Below are positions 12,153 to 23,557 of a stretch of 64,000 bases of DNA, piece by piece; position 1 is the first letter of the stretch; each line of letters begins with the position of its first letter. A program made the translations under genes and the position numbers. Origin of the DNA: Burkholderiales bacterium (GTDB lineage Bacteria > Pseudomonadota > Gammaproteobacteria > Burkholderiales > SG8-41); contig CAXNMF010000004.1 of assembly GCA_964203275.1 (NCBI GenBank), forward strand, positions 226,748 to 290,747. The letters run 5' to 3'. Under the pieces are notes generated by a model. It was not told where the DNA came from, made no database searches, and saw nothing but the letters and a program-made list of their open reading frames with translations.

Positions 12153-13850
12153 TCAGACCAGAATCATTTCGGACAGCCCCTTGCCGCCGGGCACCATCGG
12201 GAACACGTTTTCAGTCTGGTCAGTGATGAAATCCATGAAAACCAGATCCTTCTTGCGGGCAAATGCCTCTTTCAGTGCAGGTTCGACATCCGCAGGTTTC
12301 TCGATGCGCATGCCGACGTGGCCATAAGCCTCGGCGAGTTTGACGAAGTCGGGCAGCGCATCCATGTACGATTCGGAGTAACGGTTGCCGTGGAAAAACT
12401 CCTGCCACTGCCGCACCATGCCCATGTAACGGTTGTTCAGATTGATCATTTTCAGGGGCAACCGGTATTGCTTGCAGGTCGATAGTTCCTGAATACACAT
12501 CTGGATCGAAGCCTCGCCGGTCACGCACGCGACAGTGGCCTTCGGATGCGCCATCTGCACGCCCATCGCGTAAGGCAATCCGACACCCATCGTACCCAGA
12601 CCACCCGAATTGATCCAGCGTCGCGGCTTGTCGAATTTGTAGAACTGCGCGGCCCACATTTGGTGCTGGCCGACGTCGGAAGTGACGAACGCATCCCCCT
12701 TGGTCACCTTGTGCAGCATCTCAATGACAAATTGGGGCTTGATGATCTTGCTTGACCGGTCGTACTTAAGGCAATCGCGGCCACGCCACTGTTCAATCTG
12801 CGACCACCAGGACTTGAGCGCTTCCTTGTCCGTATTGGCGCGTGCAGCTTCGATCTGACGTATCAGTTCCTTGAGCACATCACGCACATTGCCGACAACC
12901 GGCACATCGACCTTGACGCGCTTCGAAATCGAAGCGGGATCAATATCCACATGGATGATCTGCCGCGGCTCCTCAAAGAAATGCTTGGGATTGCCGATCA
13001 CGCGGTCGTCGAAACGCGCACCGACAGCAAGCAGCACATCACAGTGCTGCATGGCCATGTTCGCTTCATAAGTTCCGTGCATGCCCAGCATGCCCAGAAA
13101 CTGTTTGTCGGAAGAAGGGAAACCACCGAGGCCCATCAGAGTATTGGTGCATGGATAACCCAACAGACGCACCAATTGCGCAAGCTCCGCCGATGCATTG
13201 CCGAGAATCACCCCGCCGCCGGTGTAGATCATCGGCCGTTTTGCTTCGAGCAACAGCTTGACCGCCTTCTTGATCTGGCCCGCATGTCCCTTGACCACAG
13301 GATTGTAGGAACGCATGGTGATCGACTTCGGATATTCGAACTCTGTCTTCGCGGCAGTCAGGTCCTTCGGAATATCAACCACCACTGGACCGGGCCTGCC
13401 GGTCGAGGCGATGTAGAAGGCCTTCTTGATCGTCAGCGCCAGATCCTTGATGTCCTTGACCAGAAAGTTGTGTTTGACGCAGGGGCGCGTGATGCCCACC
13501 GTGTCGCATTCCTGGAACGCATCCTCACCGATGGCATACGTGGGCACCTGACCCGTAAGGATGACCATCGGTATCGAATCCATGTATGCCGTGGCAATTC
13601 CGGTGATCGCGTTGGTCACACCCGGACCGGACGTCACCAGCGCAACGCCAACTTTTTCGGTGGAACGCGCGTACGCATCCGCGGCATGAACAGCGGCCTG
13701 CTCATGCCGTACGAGCACGTGCTTCACCTTGTCCTGCTTGAACAGTTCGTCATACAGGAACAGCACCGCACCGCCCGGATATCCGAACACGTGCTCAATG
13801 CCTTCTTCCTGCAGACAACGCACCACGATCTCTGCACCAGACAATTGCAT
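12153..13850 (-). CDS. ilvI: acetolactate synthase large (catalytic) subunit
   Basis: MQLSGAEIVVRCLQEEGIEHVFGYPGGAVLFLYDEL... with a ThDP-binding GDGSFQM-like region (TGEASIQM). The start at 13850 is preferred because the promoter-like element at 13913-13941 lies inside the longer ORF. Confidence 0.95.
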   Translation of the reverse strand: MQLSGAEIVVRCLQEEGIEHVFGYPGGAVLFLYDELFKQDKVKHVLVRHEQAAVHAADAYARSTEKVGVALVTSGPGVTNAITGIATAYMDSIPMVILTGQVPTYAIGEDAFQECDTVGITRPCVKHNFLVKDIKDLALTIKKAFYIASTGRPGPVVVDIPKDLTAAKTEFEYPKSITMRSYNPVVKGHAGQIKKAVKLLLEAKRPMIYTGGGVILGNASAELAQLVRLLGYPCTNTLMGLGGFPSSDKQFLGMLGMHGTYEANMAMQHCDVLLAVGARFDDRVIGNPKHFFEEPRQIIHVDIDPASISKRVKVDVPVVGNVRDVLKELIRQIEAARANTDKEALKSWWSQIEQWRGRDCLKYDRSSKIIKPQFVIEMLHKVTKGDAFVTSDVGQHQMWAAQFYKFDKPRRWINSGGLGTMGVGLPYAMGVQMAHPKATVACVTGEASIQMCIQELSTCKQYRLPLKMINLNNRYMGMVRQWQEFFHGNRYSESYMDALPDFVKLAEAYGHVGMRIEKPADVEPALKEAFARKKDLVFMDFITDQTENVFPMVPGGKGLSEMILV

Positions 13851-13912
13851 GATTTTTGACCCGCGCACGCTGGAAAGCTTCAAGCGGGTTTCTTGCGAGA
13901 AGGAAACCCGAA

Positions 13913-13941
13913 ACATTACCGGCCCACGCTCTCATGGTCAA
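13913..13941 (-). promoter_or_regulatory. sigma70-like promoter for ilvIHC (TTGACC-17 nt-TAATGT)
   Basis: The reverse strand reads ttgaccATGAGAGCGTGGGCCGGtaatgt. An 8-bp stem hairpin follows (cgggtttc...gaaacccg, 13884-13909) in the 5' leader. Confidence 0.4.
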
Positions 13942-14026
13942 GCAAAATATCCCTTTAAACAGCAGGATAGATGCGTTCGCAGATGCGATGCGGCGATAAC
14001 TTGCCTCCGCCCGGTGTTTTGCTAAG

Positions 14027-14668
14027 ATGCCGCGGATTAAAGGGCTTCTGAATGGCCCCGCAGCGCCACAAAGGCGCTGGAACATAAAAAAAGGCATCCA
14101 ACTGGCCTCATACAAGGAACTCGCGGATTTCCTGGCTGAAGTCGAGCGCAGAGCATTCAAGCAAGCGGTGTTTTCCCTGCGGGATGAACATCTTGCATTG
14201 GATATCGTCCAAGAGGCCATGCTCAAACTCTCGGAAAAATACGCGGGGCGTCCTGCGACCGAGTTCCCGATGCTTTTCCAGCGGATACTGCAGAATGCCA
14301 TTCGCGATTTCTTCCGTCGCCAGAAAGTCCGTTCAGCCTGGGTTACCCCTTTGGGATCCCTCTTCGGGTCCGATGCGGACGAAGATTCCGATCCGCTGGA
14401 CGTCATGGAGATCGAAAATTCCTCCAAAGTCGCCTCGCGCCCGGCTGAGCAACTGGAGCAAAAGCAAGTCCTTGATATTATTGAAAAAGCCATAGAAACC
14501 CTGCCGCTGCGTCAACGTCAGGCCTTCATGTTGCGTTACTGGGAGGAACTAGATGTTGCCGAAGCCGCAAAGGCCATGGGATGCTCGGAGGGTAGCGTGA
14601 AAACGCATTGCTCCCGGGCTACGCACGCTTTGTCGATATTGCTTAAAAAACAGGGAATTGAGTTATGA
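14027..14668 (+). CDS. ECF-type RNA polymerase sigma factor
   Basis: Contains the sigma70 region 2 (FKQAVFSLRDEHLALDIVQEAMLKL..FPMLFQRILQNAIRDFFRR) and region 4 (LPLRQRQAFMLRYWEELDVAEAAKAMGCSEGSVKTHCSRA). The true start is probably downstream of 14027, near ..LASYKELADF, where no canonical ATG is obvious. Confidence 0.85.
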   Translation: MPRIKGLLNGPAAPQRRWNIKKGIQLASYKELADFLAEVERRAFKQAVFSLRDEHLALDIVQEAMLKLSEKYAGRPATEFPMLFQRILQNAIRDFFRRQKVRSAWVTPLGSLFGSDADEDSDPLDVMEIENSSKVASRPAEQLEQKQVLDIIEKAIETLPLRQRQAFMLRYWEELDVAEAAKAMGCSEGSVKTHCSRATHALSILLKKQGIEL

Positions 14669-15051
14669 ACGTCCAAGAACGCGAGATTGCGCAGCGAATC
14701 GTTCGTGAACTTGATCGCAGCGCGCATGGTATCGACAAGGATATTTCAGCGCGCCTTCTTGCGGCCCGTGAGCAGGCGCTCGCACAGTACCAGCAAACGT
14801 CCGTCGTCGGGATGGCTGGGGCGGGAACCATTGTTTCTCACTGGTTTGAACGCCCGGCATCCGTAGCCCGGTATGCGTTGTCGTTGGCCGTTCTGATTCT
14901 AGGCTTGGCCGGGATCGTTTTTTGGCAAAGCAGCAACGGGTCGGGTAGTGAGCTCGCCGACATCGATGCGCGCCTGCTGACAGACGATTTGCCGATCGAC
15001 GCCTATCTCGACAAGGGCTTCGATTCATGGCTAAAACGGCAGTCGCGCTGA
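14665..15051 (+). CDS. DUF3619-like membrane protein (possible anti-sigma partner)
   Basis: ATGA start/stop overlap with the sigma gene. 128 aa with one TM segment (YALSLAVLILGLAGIVFW). Confidence 0.65.
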   Translation: MNVQEREIAQRIVRELDRSAHGIDKDISARLLAAREQALAQYQQTSVVGMAGAGTIVSHWFERPASVARYALSLAVLILGLAGIVFWQSSNGSGSELADIDARLLTDDLPIDAYLDKGFDSWLKRQSR

Positions 15052-15500
15052 TTCTCTGGCTATGCCTCGCGCTGCCCGTCATCGCTGCACAGCCGTCCAA
15101 GACAGCCTCTAAACCCATTCGCCCTGCATGGTCGGAGCTTGCACCCGCCCAGCAGCAGGTGTTGGCGCCACTCGCGCCGGAATGGGATGAAATGGATTCC
15201 TCGCAGCGCAAGAAATGGGTCAGCATCGCCAATCGCTACCCGAAAATGAAAAAATCCGAACAAGAACGCCTGCAACAGCGGATGAAGGAATGGGCTGCAC
15301 TGAGTCCTGCGCAACGCCAGGAAGCGCGCGAAAAATATCTGAACCTGAAAAAGCTGAACTCCTCACAGCGTCGTGACGTGGCAAAACAATGGGCCGCGTA
15401 TCGCAAGTCACTAGCTCAACCAGAGACGCAGTTTGACCCACCGGTTGAGGAACCCATTACGCCCAACCCAGGACCGGCAACTACTGTAGAGCGGCAGTGA
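15027..15500 (+). CDS. DUF3106-like secreted protein
   Basis: Has a signal peptide (MAKTAVALILWLCLALPVIAAQP) and repeated W..L.P.Q+ motifs (WSELAPAQQQVLAPLAPEWDEMDSSQRKKW...MKEWAALSPAQRQEAREKY). Confidence 0.65.
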   Translation: MAKTAVALILWLCLALPVIAAQPSKTASKPIRPAWSELAPAQQQVLAPLAPEWDEMDSSQRKKWVSIANRYPKMKKSEQERLQQRMKEWAALSPAQRQEAREKYLNLKKLNSSQRRDVAKQWAAYRKSLAQPETQFDPPVEEPITPNPGPATTVERQ

Positions 15501-15934
15501 CTGGCTCTCCCGAGACGGCCGGCCTCGGCCGACGAGTGCTTTGCCTGATCTACGAGATACTGCTACTCACGGCCGTCGTGCTGATGGCGAGCGGCCTTGC
15601 GACCTGGATTGCGCACGCAACAGGATTGCCGGAGGCGCGGGGGCTGACACAATTCATCGTAACGGCAATATGTGCGGGATACTTTGCCATCCAGTGGTGC
15701 GGTAGGGGGCAAACGTTACCCATGAAAACCTGGCGCATCCGGTTGCAAACCATCTCGGGTAACCGTCTCACGCCAAGACAGGCACTGCTGCGCATGGCCT
15801 TGGCAACCCTCGGCTATCTCACGCTTGGCATGTCGATACTGTGGGCGCTTCTGGACCGGGACAGACAGTTTCTGCACGACCGTCTTTGCGGCACGCGCCT
15901 GGTTGCTGTTGCGGCAGCAGAGTACCCCCGCTGA
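15497..15934 (+). CDS. RDD-family membrane protein
   Basis: 145 aa. It has a GTG start overlapping the previous stop and RR..C..YE....... TM topology typical of RDD proteins. Confidence 0.7.
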   Translation: MTGSPETAGLGRRVLCLIYEILLLTAVVLMASGLATWIAHATGLPEARGLTQFIVTAICAGYFAIQWCGRGQTLPMKTWRIRLQTISGNRLTPRQALLRMALATLGYLTLGMSILWALLDRDRQFLHDRLCGTRLVAVAAAEYPR

Positions 15935-15937
15935 GGG

Positions 15938-17011
15938 TCAACGCCGCTCCTGCCACCACATCATCCCAACAGCGAGACTTAAAAACAGCAAAGTGGGGGC
16001 AACAGCGCTCGCAAATGGCGGCCAGTCATTCAACAATCCCAGGTGGCCGAGAAGTCGATTCAGGAAATGGAAGGCGAGACCAATCATGATGCCGGCGAAA
16101 ATCTTGGCGCCAACCCCGCCCTGCCGGCTCTGGAAATAGGCGAACGGCAGCGCCAGAACCATCATCACCAGCACCGCAACGGGGTAAAGCAGTTTGGTCC
16201 ACAGCGCAATTTCATAACGCAACGCCTTCTGCCGATTCTCCTTCAAGTGCTGGGAGTAGGAATATAGGCTCAATGCCGACATTTTTTCCGGTTTGACGAG
16301 CAGCACGTTGAGCAGTCCTGGCTCAAGAACTGACTCCCATCGCACGAAATCACGAAAACTGACTCGCGTCGTAAGCTGATCAAAGCTGGTTTGCGCCACA
16401 TTCGCCAGAAGCCATTGATTGCTGCCCTCATACTCAGCAGCCTCGGCCGTCCTCAACACACGCAACCGGTAATCTTTGTCAAAGTCGTAGATACGCAAGC
16501 CCTTCAGCCCGCCAGTCGGTGTCACCTCAAGCACATTAACAAACGAAGTGCCGTCCTTGATCCACAAACCCGACCTGAACTCCTGCGCCACGATGCCTGA
16601 TATCGCCTGTGACCGCAGGCGCTGCGCAAACTGCTCAGCGGGCGGCGCCACGAATTCGCCGATCGTGAACGTCAAAATACTGAACGCCGCACCAACCACG
16701 ACCAACGCGCCAACCATGCGCTGCAGCGATACGCCGGAAGCGCGCATCACCGTGTATTCGGAACTCGCCACGAACTGTGCAAGGGTAAAAAGCGTACCGA
16801 TCAACGCCGCAATCGGAAACAGTTCATAAATATGATTCGGGGCAGACAACAGGACATGGAGCAGGATGTGGCGCAACTGGTAACCACCGCGTCCGAGATC
16901 CTTCATCTGCTCAACCAGATCAAAAAAGGCGAACAACAACAGAAGGGAGAGAAAAACCAGTGCGGTCGAAACCGTGATCTCGCGGGCCACATATCGGCGC
17001 AGAGTTTTCAC
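15938..17011 (-). CDS. lptG: LPS export ABC transporter permease LptG
   Basis: VKTLRRYVAREITVSTALVFLSLLLLFAFFDLV... The GTG at 17011 overlaps the lptF stop (GTGA). The ORF-track start at 17098 lies inside lptF. Confidence 0.9.
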   Translation of the reverse strand: MKTLRRYVAREITVSTALVFLSLLLLFAFFDLVEQMKDLGRGGYQLRHILLHVLLSAPNHIYELFPIAALIGTLFTLAQFVASSEYTVMRASGVSLQRMVGALVVVGAAFSILTFTIGEFVAPPAEQFAQRLRSQAISGIVAQEFRSGLWIKDGTSFVNVLEVTPTGGLKGLRIYDFDKDYRLRVLRTAEAAEYEGSNQWLLANVAQTSFDQLTTRVSFRDFVRWESVLEPGLLNVLLVKPEKMSALSLYSYSQHLKENRQKALRYEIALWTKLLYPVAVLVMMVLALPFAYFQSRQGGVGAKIFAGIMIGLAFHFLNRLLGHLGLLNDWPPFASAVAPTLLFLSLAVGMMWWQERR

Positions 17012-18087
17012 TTCAGCAACCGCCAGAAGGAAAACACCGAAAGCCTGCGATAAAACATCAGCGTCAGCAGCAGCAGCATCCCCAGATGAACACCCCACAT
17101 TCCGGCAAAAACGTTGATGCGATCCTGCGCAATCGAAGCCTGCATGATCGACAGCAGATTGCTGTAAACCATATAAACCAGTATGGCCAACACGATATTC
17201 ATCGAACGACCGGCACGAGGATTAACGAACGACAGCGGGATCGCCAGCAGGCAGAGAATCAATGCGCTCGCTGGAAGACCGATGCGCCATGACAGCTCGC
17301 CAAGGTTGCGCGATGTCGGCTCTCTCAGAAGATCCGGTGTCGACATCGTCTTGGTCGTAGGCGCACGTGCGGCAGGGTCGGCAGACTCTATGCGCATGGC
17401 ATAACGTTCAAACTCGAATATCTTGTAATCCGGGGCACCGGGATCGCCCTCGTAACGACGACCATTCTGCAGAACCAGAAATCGATCGCCGTTTTCGGCG
17501 GTTTCCTGGAATCCGCTCTGCGCCACCATGATGCCAAGCTTGCCGTTCTGAGTGGAACTGACAAACACATTTGCAACAAGATTTGTTTTCCCGGAAACCT
17601 CCTCGACCAGGTACACGCGATCAGCCCGCTTGGACTCGTGAAACACCCCCGGCGTCACCTGCGCAACGTCATCACGACTGTCCATTTGTCGCCGAAACTC
17701 CTCGGCTTTTTCCACTGCCCAGGGAGACAACAGCAAGGAGAGCGTGGCAATCGTCAGCACCAGCGGCAGAGCAAAGGTCAGTACCGGCCTAACCCATTGC
17801 GTAAGCCCCTGCCCGCTGGAAAACCATACGACCATCTCGGAGTCACGATAACTCCTCGTCAATGTCATCAACACTGCGATAAACAACGTTACCGACAGCA
17901 GGATTGGCAGGTAACCGACCAGCGTGAAGCCCAAAAGCGCCACAACACCGGTGGATGTGATCTGACCGCCCGCGGCCTGACCAAGGAGACGTACCAGTTG
18001 CGTAGTGATCGATATGCCGAGCAAAACCAGAAAAGTCGCAATGGCCGAAGTGGCCAGTTCGCGGAGCAGTGAAGACCGGAAAATCAT
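17008..18087 (-). CDS. lptF: LPS export ABC transporter permease LptF
   Basis: MIFRSSLLRELATSAIATFLVLLGISITTQLVRLLGQAAGG...; 359 aa. Confidence 0.9.
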   Translation of the reverse strand: MIFRSSLLRELATSAIATFLVLLGISITTQLVRLLGQAAGGQITSTGVVALLGFTLVGYLPILLSVTLFIAVLMTLTRSYRDSEMVVWFSSGQGLTQWVRPVLTFALPLVLTIATLSLLLSPWAVEKAEEFRRQMDSRDDVAQVTPGVFHESKRADRVYLVEEVSGKTNLVANVFVSSTQNGKLGIMVAQSGFQETAENGDRFLVLQNGRRYEGDPGAPDYKIFEFERYAMRIESADPAARAPTTKTMSTPDLLREPTSRNLGELSWRIGLPASALILCLLAIPLSFVNPRAGRSMNIVLAILVYMVYSNLLSIMQASIAQDRINVFAGMWGVHLGMLLLLTLMFYRRLSVFSFWRLLK

Positions 18088-18275
18088 GCCGGCGTTTTGC
18101 TTTTTGAAAGGAACCCGCAGATAATCAATGAGCGATGCCGGAAACCGGCCATGCGCTGGGAGTGCCGCAGCATTTCAGCACCGACCTGAAGATCGGCGCC
18201 CCAGCTTCCGAATTCGCATCGCACGACCGCCAATCATATTTTTGACAAACACGAAATGCGCAGAGGAGTCGACGC

Positions 18276-19766
18276 GTGGAATTTAGCATAAAACCCCTGG
18301 TTCCGGGACAAAACGCCAGCGGCTGTACCGTTGCTGGCGTATATGCCGACGGAAAACTGAGTGAAGCTGCTGCGGCAATCGACAAAGCAGCGAAAGGTTA
18401 TCTGCGGCGCGTGATTGAACGTGGCGACATGAAAGGCCTTATCGGCAGCACCTTGCTGCTCCACGATGTGCCGGGGGTCGCCAGCACGCGCGTGTTGCTG
18501 CTGGGGTTGGGCCCGAAAGCCGAATTCGCGGAAAAACAATTCCGCCGCTGCATCGGTGCCGCTATCGAAGTGCTGGCAAAAACCGGGACCACCGATGCCG
18601 AACTGCATGTCGCCGAGCTTTCAGTCGGGCGCCGGGACGTGGAATGGCGTGTCATGCAGACCGCACGCGCTGCGCGTGAAGCGACCTACCGCTTCGAACA
18701 GATGAAAAGCGCGCCTTCGAAATATACCTCGGCGTTGCGCCGGATCGTCCTCGCCGTTGCCAAAAGCGACGAGAAACGCGCAGCCCGCGGCCTGGCCCAG
18801 GGCCTGGCCCTGGCACACGGTGTCAGCCTGGCACGTGATCTCGGCAATCTTCCCGGAAATATCTGCACCCCTGCCTACCTCGCTGAACAGGCTCGAAAAC
18901 TTGCGAAACATTACCGGATGAAGTTGCAGGTATTGGAACAGGCCGACATGGAAAAACTCGGCATGAATACCCTGCTCTCTGTCGCGGCCGGCAGCAGCCA
19001 GCCGCCGAAACTGATTGTTCTTGAGTATCGCGCCGGCGCAAAGAACCAGAAACCTGTCGTTCTTGTCGGCAAGGGCGTGACCTTCGATACGGGCGGGATT
19101 TCGCTCAAACCCGCACCGGAAATGGACGAGATGAAATACGACATGAGCGGCGCCGGCAGCGTGCTGGGTACGCTCAAGGCAGTTGCCGAAATGAAACTGC
19201 CGGTCAATGTTGTCGGCATCATCCCGGCCACTGAAAACATGCCCGGCGGGCGCGCCACAAAACCCGGCGACATCGTCACCAGCATGTCAGGACAAACCGT
19301 TGAAATCCTCAATACCGACGCTGAGGGCCGCCTGATTCTCTGCGACGCGCTGACCTATGCCGAACGATTCGATCCGGCGGCAGTCATCGATATCGCAACA
19401 CTGACTGGCGCCTGCGTCATCGCACTGGGTCATGTCGTCAGCGGACTGTTCGCCAACGATGATCCGCTTGCCCATGAAGTACTGGCTGCAGGTGAACACG
19501 CCGGTGACGGCGCCTGGCACCTGCCGCTGCATGACGAATACCAGGACCAGCTGCGCAGCAATTTTGCCGACTTTGCCAACATCGGCGGCCGACCGGCCGG
19601 CGCGGTGACTGCAGCCTGCTTCCTTTCGCGGTTTACGAAAAAATACAAATGGGCACATCTTGACGTTGCCGGTACTGCATGGAAATCAGGCAAGGACAAA
19701 GGCTCCACCGGACGCCCGGTGCCGTTGCTGACGCAATTCCTGGTCAACCGCACCGCCAAACGCTGA
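18276..19766 (+). CDS. pepA: leucyl aminopeptidase
   Basis: 496 aa. Contains the M17 signature [14 protein letters not shown]. Divergent from lptFG, as in many proteobacteria. Confidence 0.95.
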   Translation: MEFSIKPLVPGQNASGCTVAGVYADGKLSEAAAAIDKAAKGYLRRVIERGDMKGLIGSTLLLHDVPGVASTRVLLLGLGPKAEFAEKQFRRCIGAAIEVLAKTGTTDAELHVAELSVGRRDVEWRVMQTARAAREATYRFEQMKSAPSKYTSALRRIVLAVAKSDEKRAARGLAQGLALAHGVSLARDLGNLPGNICTPAYLAEQARKLAKHYRMKLQVLEQADMEKLGMNTLLSVAAGSSQPPKLIVLEYRAGAKNQKPVVLVGKGVTFDTGGISLKPAPEMDEMKYDMSGAGSVLGTLKAVAEMKLPVNVVGIIPATENMPGGRATKPGDIVTSMSGQTVEILNTDAEGRLILCDALTYAERFDPAAVIDIATLTGACVIALGHVVSGLFANDDPLAHEVLAAGEHAGDGAWHLPLHDEYQDQLRSNFADFANIGGRPAGAVTAACFLSRFTKKYKWAHLDVAGTAWKSGKDKGSTGRPVPLLTQFLVNRTAKR

Positions 19767-19779
19767 CACTCCAAGGCCA

Positions 19780-20211
19780 ATGACGCAGATCGACTTCTAC
19801 ACACAGGTTGAAGACAAGCTGCAGACTGCATGCCGTCTGACCGCGAAAGCACGCAGCCGCGGACTGCGTGTGACCCTGTTCTGTCCGGACCGGGACACGG
19901 CCTCCCGGCTTGACCGGATGTTGTGGAGCATTCCCGCGACTGGTTTTATGCCGCACTGCAGGGCGGACGATCCGCTGTCTGCAGTGACGCCGGTATTGAT
20001 CGACACTGCCGGCGACAATCCGCTCCATGACGAAGTGCTGATCAATCTGCACAGCGAATGGCCGGCATGTTTCAGCCGCTTTCAGCGCCTGGCCGAAATC
20101 GTCTGCGTCGATGACGCGGATCGCCGTGAGGCCCGCGCACGTTACAAGTTCTACCGGGACCGGGGTTACGAAATCAACACGCACGACCTCTCCGGCCCGC
20201 AGGCCGGATAA
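19780..20211 (+). CDS. holC: DNA polymerase III chi subunit
   Basis: [37 protein letters not shown]...; 143 aa, in the conserved pepA-holC-valS order. Confidence 0.85.
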   Translation: MTQIDFYTQVEDKLQTACRLTAKARSRGLRVTLFCPDRDTASRLDRMLWSIPATGFMPHCRADDPLSAVTPVLIDTAGDNPLHDEVLINLHSEWPACFSRFQRLAEIVCVDDADRREARARYKFYRDRGYEINTHDLSGPQAG

Positions 20212-20225
20212 TCCATCCGCCCAAC

Positions 20226-20765
20226 ATGTCCGATCCGAATACGCCAGACGACAGCGCCCGCGATGTGCTCAGCCGCGCGGATGCGTTGCTGCAGCGGCAC
20301 CGCAAACCAGCGGCACCGGAACCTTCGCGAATCACTCCAGGCAGCGAGATCCCTGTGCTGACCGATATCGTCATGGAAGGGGAAATCATTCCCCGACAGG
20401 AAGCTGTGCCGCAACAGGCGCCTGCGCCACAGCCTGAAGGCGGCGAGATCGTTTCTCGGGTCCAGGCACAAAATATCGAACATGCCGTTTATCTCAAACT
20501 GAAACGCGGCCTTGATGACCAGATTGCAGGTGTCGTGCGTGACCGTTACCTGCCGGAGATTGGCGCAGCACTGGAGCAGGCCTTATCCCGCGTTACCAGT
20601 GAACTGCAGTCCGGCATCGCAGAAATGGTGCGAACCTCAGTCGCCGAAACGCTTCAGGCACAACTCAAACAGATTCAGCTCCAGCCATTGGCGCCAGCGC
20701 CGGAAAACTTGCAACCCTCCGGTATAATCCCGCCCTCCTCAGCAGCGCCTCCCCCGGCACCAAAA
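20226..20765 (+). other. 180-codon in-frame ORF fused upstream of the canonical valS start (separate small protein or N-terminal extension)
   Basis: [27 protein letters not shown]...[11 protein letters not shown]...coiled/Pro-rich...APPPAPK runs straight into MELPKSFEP with no stop codon. Confidence 0.4.
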
Positions 20766-23525
20766 ATGGAACTCCCGAAAAGCTTCGAACCTGCAGCCAT
20801 TGAGTCGCGCTGGTATCCCACCTGGGAAAAAAACGGTTACTTCAGGGCTGGCGCTGATCCTGAGAAAAAAGACGCTTACTGTATTCAACTGCCACCGCCG
20901 AATGTAACCGGCGTGCTGCACATGGGCCACGCCTTCAACCAGACCATCATGGACGGGCTGACGCGCTACCACCGGATGAATGGCAGCAACACGCTGTGGC
21001 AACCGGGCACCGACCACGCCGGCATCGCCACCGAAATGGTGGTGACACGCCAGCTTGAACAGAAGGGCGAATCGCGCAATGCACTTGGTCGCGACGAATT
21101 CATCAAAAAGGTCTGGGAGTGGAAGGAGCAGTCCGGCTCGACGATCACCCGCCAGATGCGCCGCCTCGGCGCCTCCTGCGACTGGGAGCGTGAACGCTTC
21201 ACGATGGATGAGCCGCTGGCCAAACTGGTCACGCACACCTTCGTCAAACTGTACCGCGATGGCCTGATCTACCGCGGCGTGCGCCTGTCGAACTGGGATC
21301 CGGTTCTGCACACCGTCATCTCCGACCTCGAGGTCCAGTCCGAGGAAGAAGACGGCAAGCTGTGGCAGATCCGTTACCCGCTCGCCGATGGCAGCGGTCA
21401 CCTGACCGTCGCCACCACTCGACCGGAAACCATGCTGGGCGATGCGGCTGTCGCCGTGCATCCGGAAGACGAGCGTTATCGCAGTCTGGTCGGCCGTCAG
21501 GTCATCCTGCCGCTGACCGGACGCACAATTCCGGTCATTGCCGACGAATACGTCGACAAAGCCTTCGGCACCGGCTGTGTGAAGATCACCCCGGCGCACG
21601 ACTTCAACGACTACCAGGTCGGCCAGCGCCACAATCTGCCGCAACTGAACATTTTCACGCTCGATGCCGCTGTCAACGACAGCGCACCGGAAAAATATCG
21701 CGGCCTCGATCGTTACGTCGCGCGAGAAGTCATCATCGCCGACCTCAAGGCCCACGGCCTGCTGGAATCGGAAAAACCGCACCGCATGGTGGTACCGCGC
21801 GGCGACCGCACCGGCGTCGTCATCGAGCCGATGCTGACCAGCCAGTGGTTCGTCAAGATGGAACCGTTGGCGAAACTGGGGCTTGATGCCGTAGCCACAG
21901 GGGAAGTCAAACTGTTCCCCGATCAGTGGATCAATACCTATAACCACTGGCTCAACAATATCCAGGACTGGTGCATCTCGCGCCAGCTGTGGTGGGGCCA
22001 TCGCGTTCCGGCCTGGCACGACGAAGCCGGCAATATCTACGTCGCCCACGATGAAGCCGAAGCAAAAACCCTCGCCGGCGGCAAGGCGCTGAAGCAGGAT
22101 CCGGACGTGCTCGACACCTGGTTCTCGTCGCAGCTGTGGTGCTTCTCCACGCTGGACTGGACTCCGGAATGGCCCGCGAAGTCCAATCCGGCGCTGGACC
22201 GTTACCTCCCGTCATCGGTGCTGGTCACCGGCTTCGACATCATCTTTTTCTGGGTCGCGCGCATGGTGATGATCACCAAGTACATGACCGGCAAGGTACC
22301 GTTCCGCCATGTCTACGTGCACGGCCTGGTGCGCGATGCCGAAGGCCAGAAGATGTCCAAATCCAAAGGCAATACGCTGGACCCGCTGGATCTGATCGAC
22401 GGCATCGACATCGAATCGTTGGTCGCCAAGCGTACTTCCGGCCTGATGAATCCGAAACAGGCCGAAGCGATCGCCAAACGCACGCGTTCGGAATTTCCCG
22501 AAGGCATACCCGCTTATGGTACCGATGCAGTGCGCTTCACATTTGCAAGCCTGGCCAGTCTTGGCCGCGATATCAAATTTGATCAAAAACGCTGTGAGGG
22601 TTACCGCAATTTCTGCAACAAGCTTTGGAACGCCACACGCTTCGTGCTGATGAATTGCGACGGCAAGGACACCGGGCTGGATGCCTCAGCGCCGGTCGAA
22701 CTCTCGGTCGCCGACCGCTGGCTGGTCAGCCGCCTGCAGCGCGCCGAGACTGAAGCACGGCAGGCCTACGACGATTACCGCTTCGACAATCTTGCCCGCA
22801 CCATTTATGAACTGGTGTGGGACGAATACTGCGACTGGTATCTCGAACTCGCGAAGGTGCAGTTGGCCAACGGCAGCGAGGAACAATGCCGCGGCACCCG
22901 GCGCACGCTGGTGCGGGTACTCGAAACCATACTGCGCTTGGCCCATCCGGTAATTCCATTCATCACAGAAGAACTGTGGCAAACCGTTGCGCCGCTGGCC
23001 GGCAAAAGCGGCGACAGCATCATGCTGCAGAAATACCCGCAGGCCGAGCCATCAAAAATCGATATCGCGGCCGAACGTGACATTGATTTGCTGAAACAAC
23101 TGGTTTCAGCCTGCCGTACGCTGCGCGGCGAAATGAACATCGCCCCGTCACAGAAACTGCCGCTGCTGGCCCAGGGCGATGCCGCCCAGCTGCGCGCCTG
23201 CGCGCCGCACCTGATGTCGCTGGCGCGGCTGTCAGAAGTGCTGGTTGTCAATGAACTGCCCGCGGAAGATGCGCCGGTATCGATCGTCGGCGATTTCAAG
23301 CTGATGCTCAAAGTCGAAATCAACGTGGCTGCCGAGCGCGAGCGTCTGACCAAGGAAATTGCCCGGCTGGATGCAGAAACCACCAAGGCGCGTGCCAAAC
23401 TCGCAAACGAAAGTTTTGTCGCCAAGGCACCACCGCTGGTCGTCGCCCAGGAACAGGAGCGCCTCGCGCGCTTTTCGGCGACGCTGGAGCAAATGCGCGC
23501 GCAACTCGCCAAGCTCGGCGGCTGA
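20766..23525 (+). CDS. valS: valyl-tRNA synthetase (canonical part, 919 aa)
   Basis: [26 protein letters not shown]...[15 protein letters not shown] (HIGH)...KMSKSKGN (KMSKS)...C-terminal coiled coil. The ORF track extends it to 20226. Confidence 0.95.
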   Translation: MELPKSFEPAAIESRWYPTWEKNGYFRAGADPEKKDAYCIQLPPPNVTGVLHMGHAFNQTIMDGLTRYHRMNGSNTLWQPGTDHAGIATEMVVTRQLEQKGESRNALGRDEFIKKVWEWKEQSGSTITRQMRRLGASCDWERERFTMDEPLAKLVTHTFVKLYRDGLIYRGVRLSNWDPVLHTVISDLEVQSEEEDGKLWQIRYPLADGSGHLTVATTRPETMLGDAAVAVHPEDERYRSLVGRQVILPLTGRTIPVIADEYVDKAFGTGCVKITPAHDFNDYQVGQRHNLPQLNIFTLDAAVNDSAPEKYRGLDRYVAREVIIADLKAHGLLESEKPHRMVVPRGDRTGVVIEPMLTSQWFVKMEPLAKLGLDAVATGEVKLFPDQWINTYNHWLNNIQDWCISRQLWWGHRVPAWHDEAGNIYVAHDEAEAKTLAGGKALKQDPDVLDTWFSSQLWCFSTLDWTPEWPAKSNPALDRYLPSSVLVTGFDIIFFWVARMVMITKYMTGKVPFRHVYVHGLVRDAEGQKMSKSKGNTLDPLDLIDGIDIESLVAKRTSGLMNPKQAEAIAKRTRSEFPEGIPAYGTDAVRFTFASLASLGRDIKFDQKRCEGYRNFCNKLWNATRFVLMNCDGKDTGLDASAPVELSVADRWLVSRLQRAETEARQAYDDYRFDNLARTIYELVWDEYCDWYLELAKVQLANGSEEQCRGTRRTLVRVLETILRLAHPVIPFITEELWQTVAPLAGKSGDSIMLQKYPQAEPSKIDIAAERDIDLLKQLVSACRTLRGEMNIAPSQKLPLLAQGDAAQLRACAPHLMSLARLSEVLVVNELPAEDAPVSIVGDFKLMLKVEINVAAERERLTKEIARLDAETTKARAKLANESFVAKAPPLVVAQEQERLARFSATLEQMRAQLAKLGG

Positions 23526-23557
23526 TAGCGCGCAGACTGCGCGCCGCACGCAGCACC

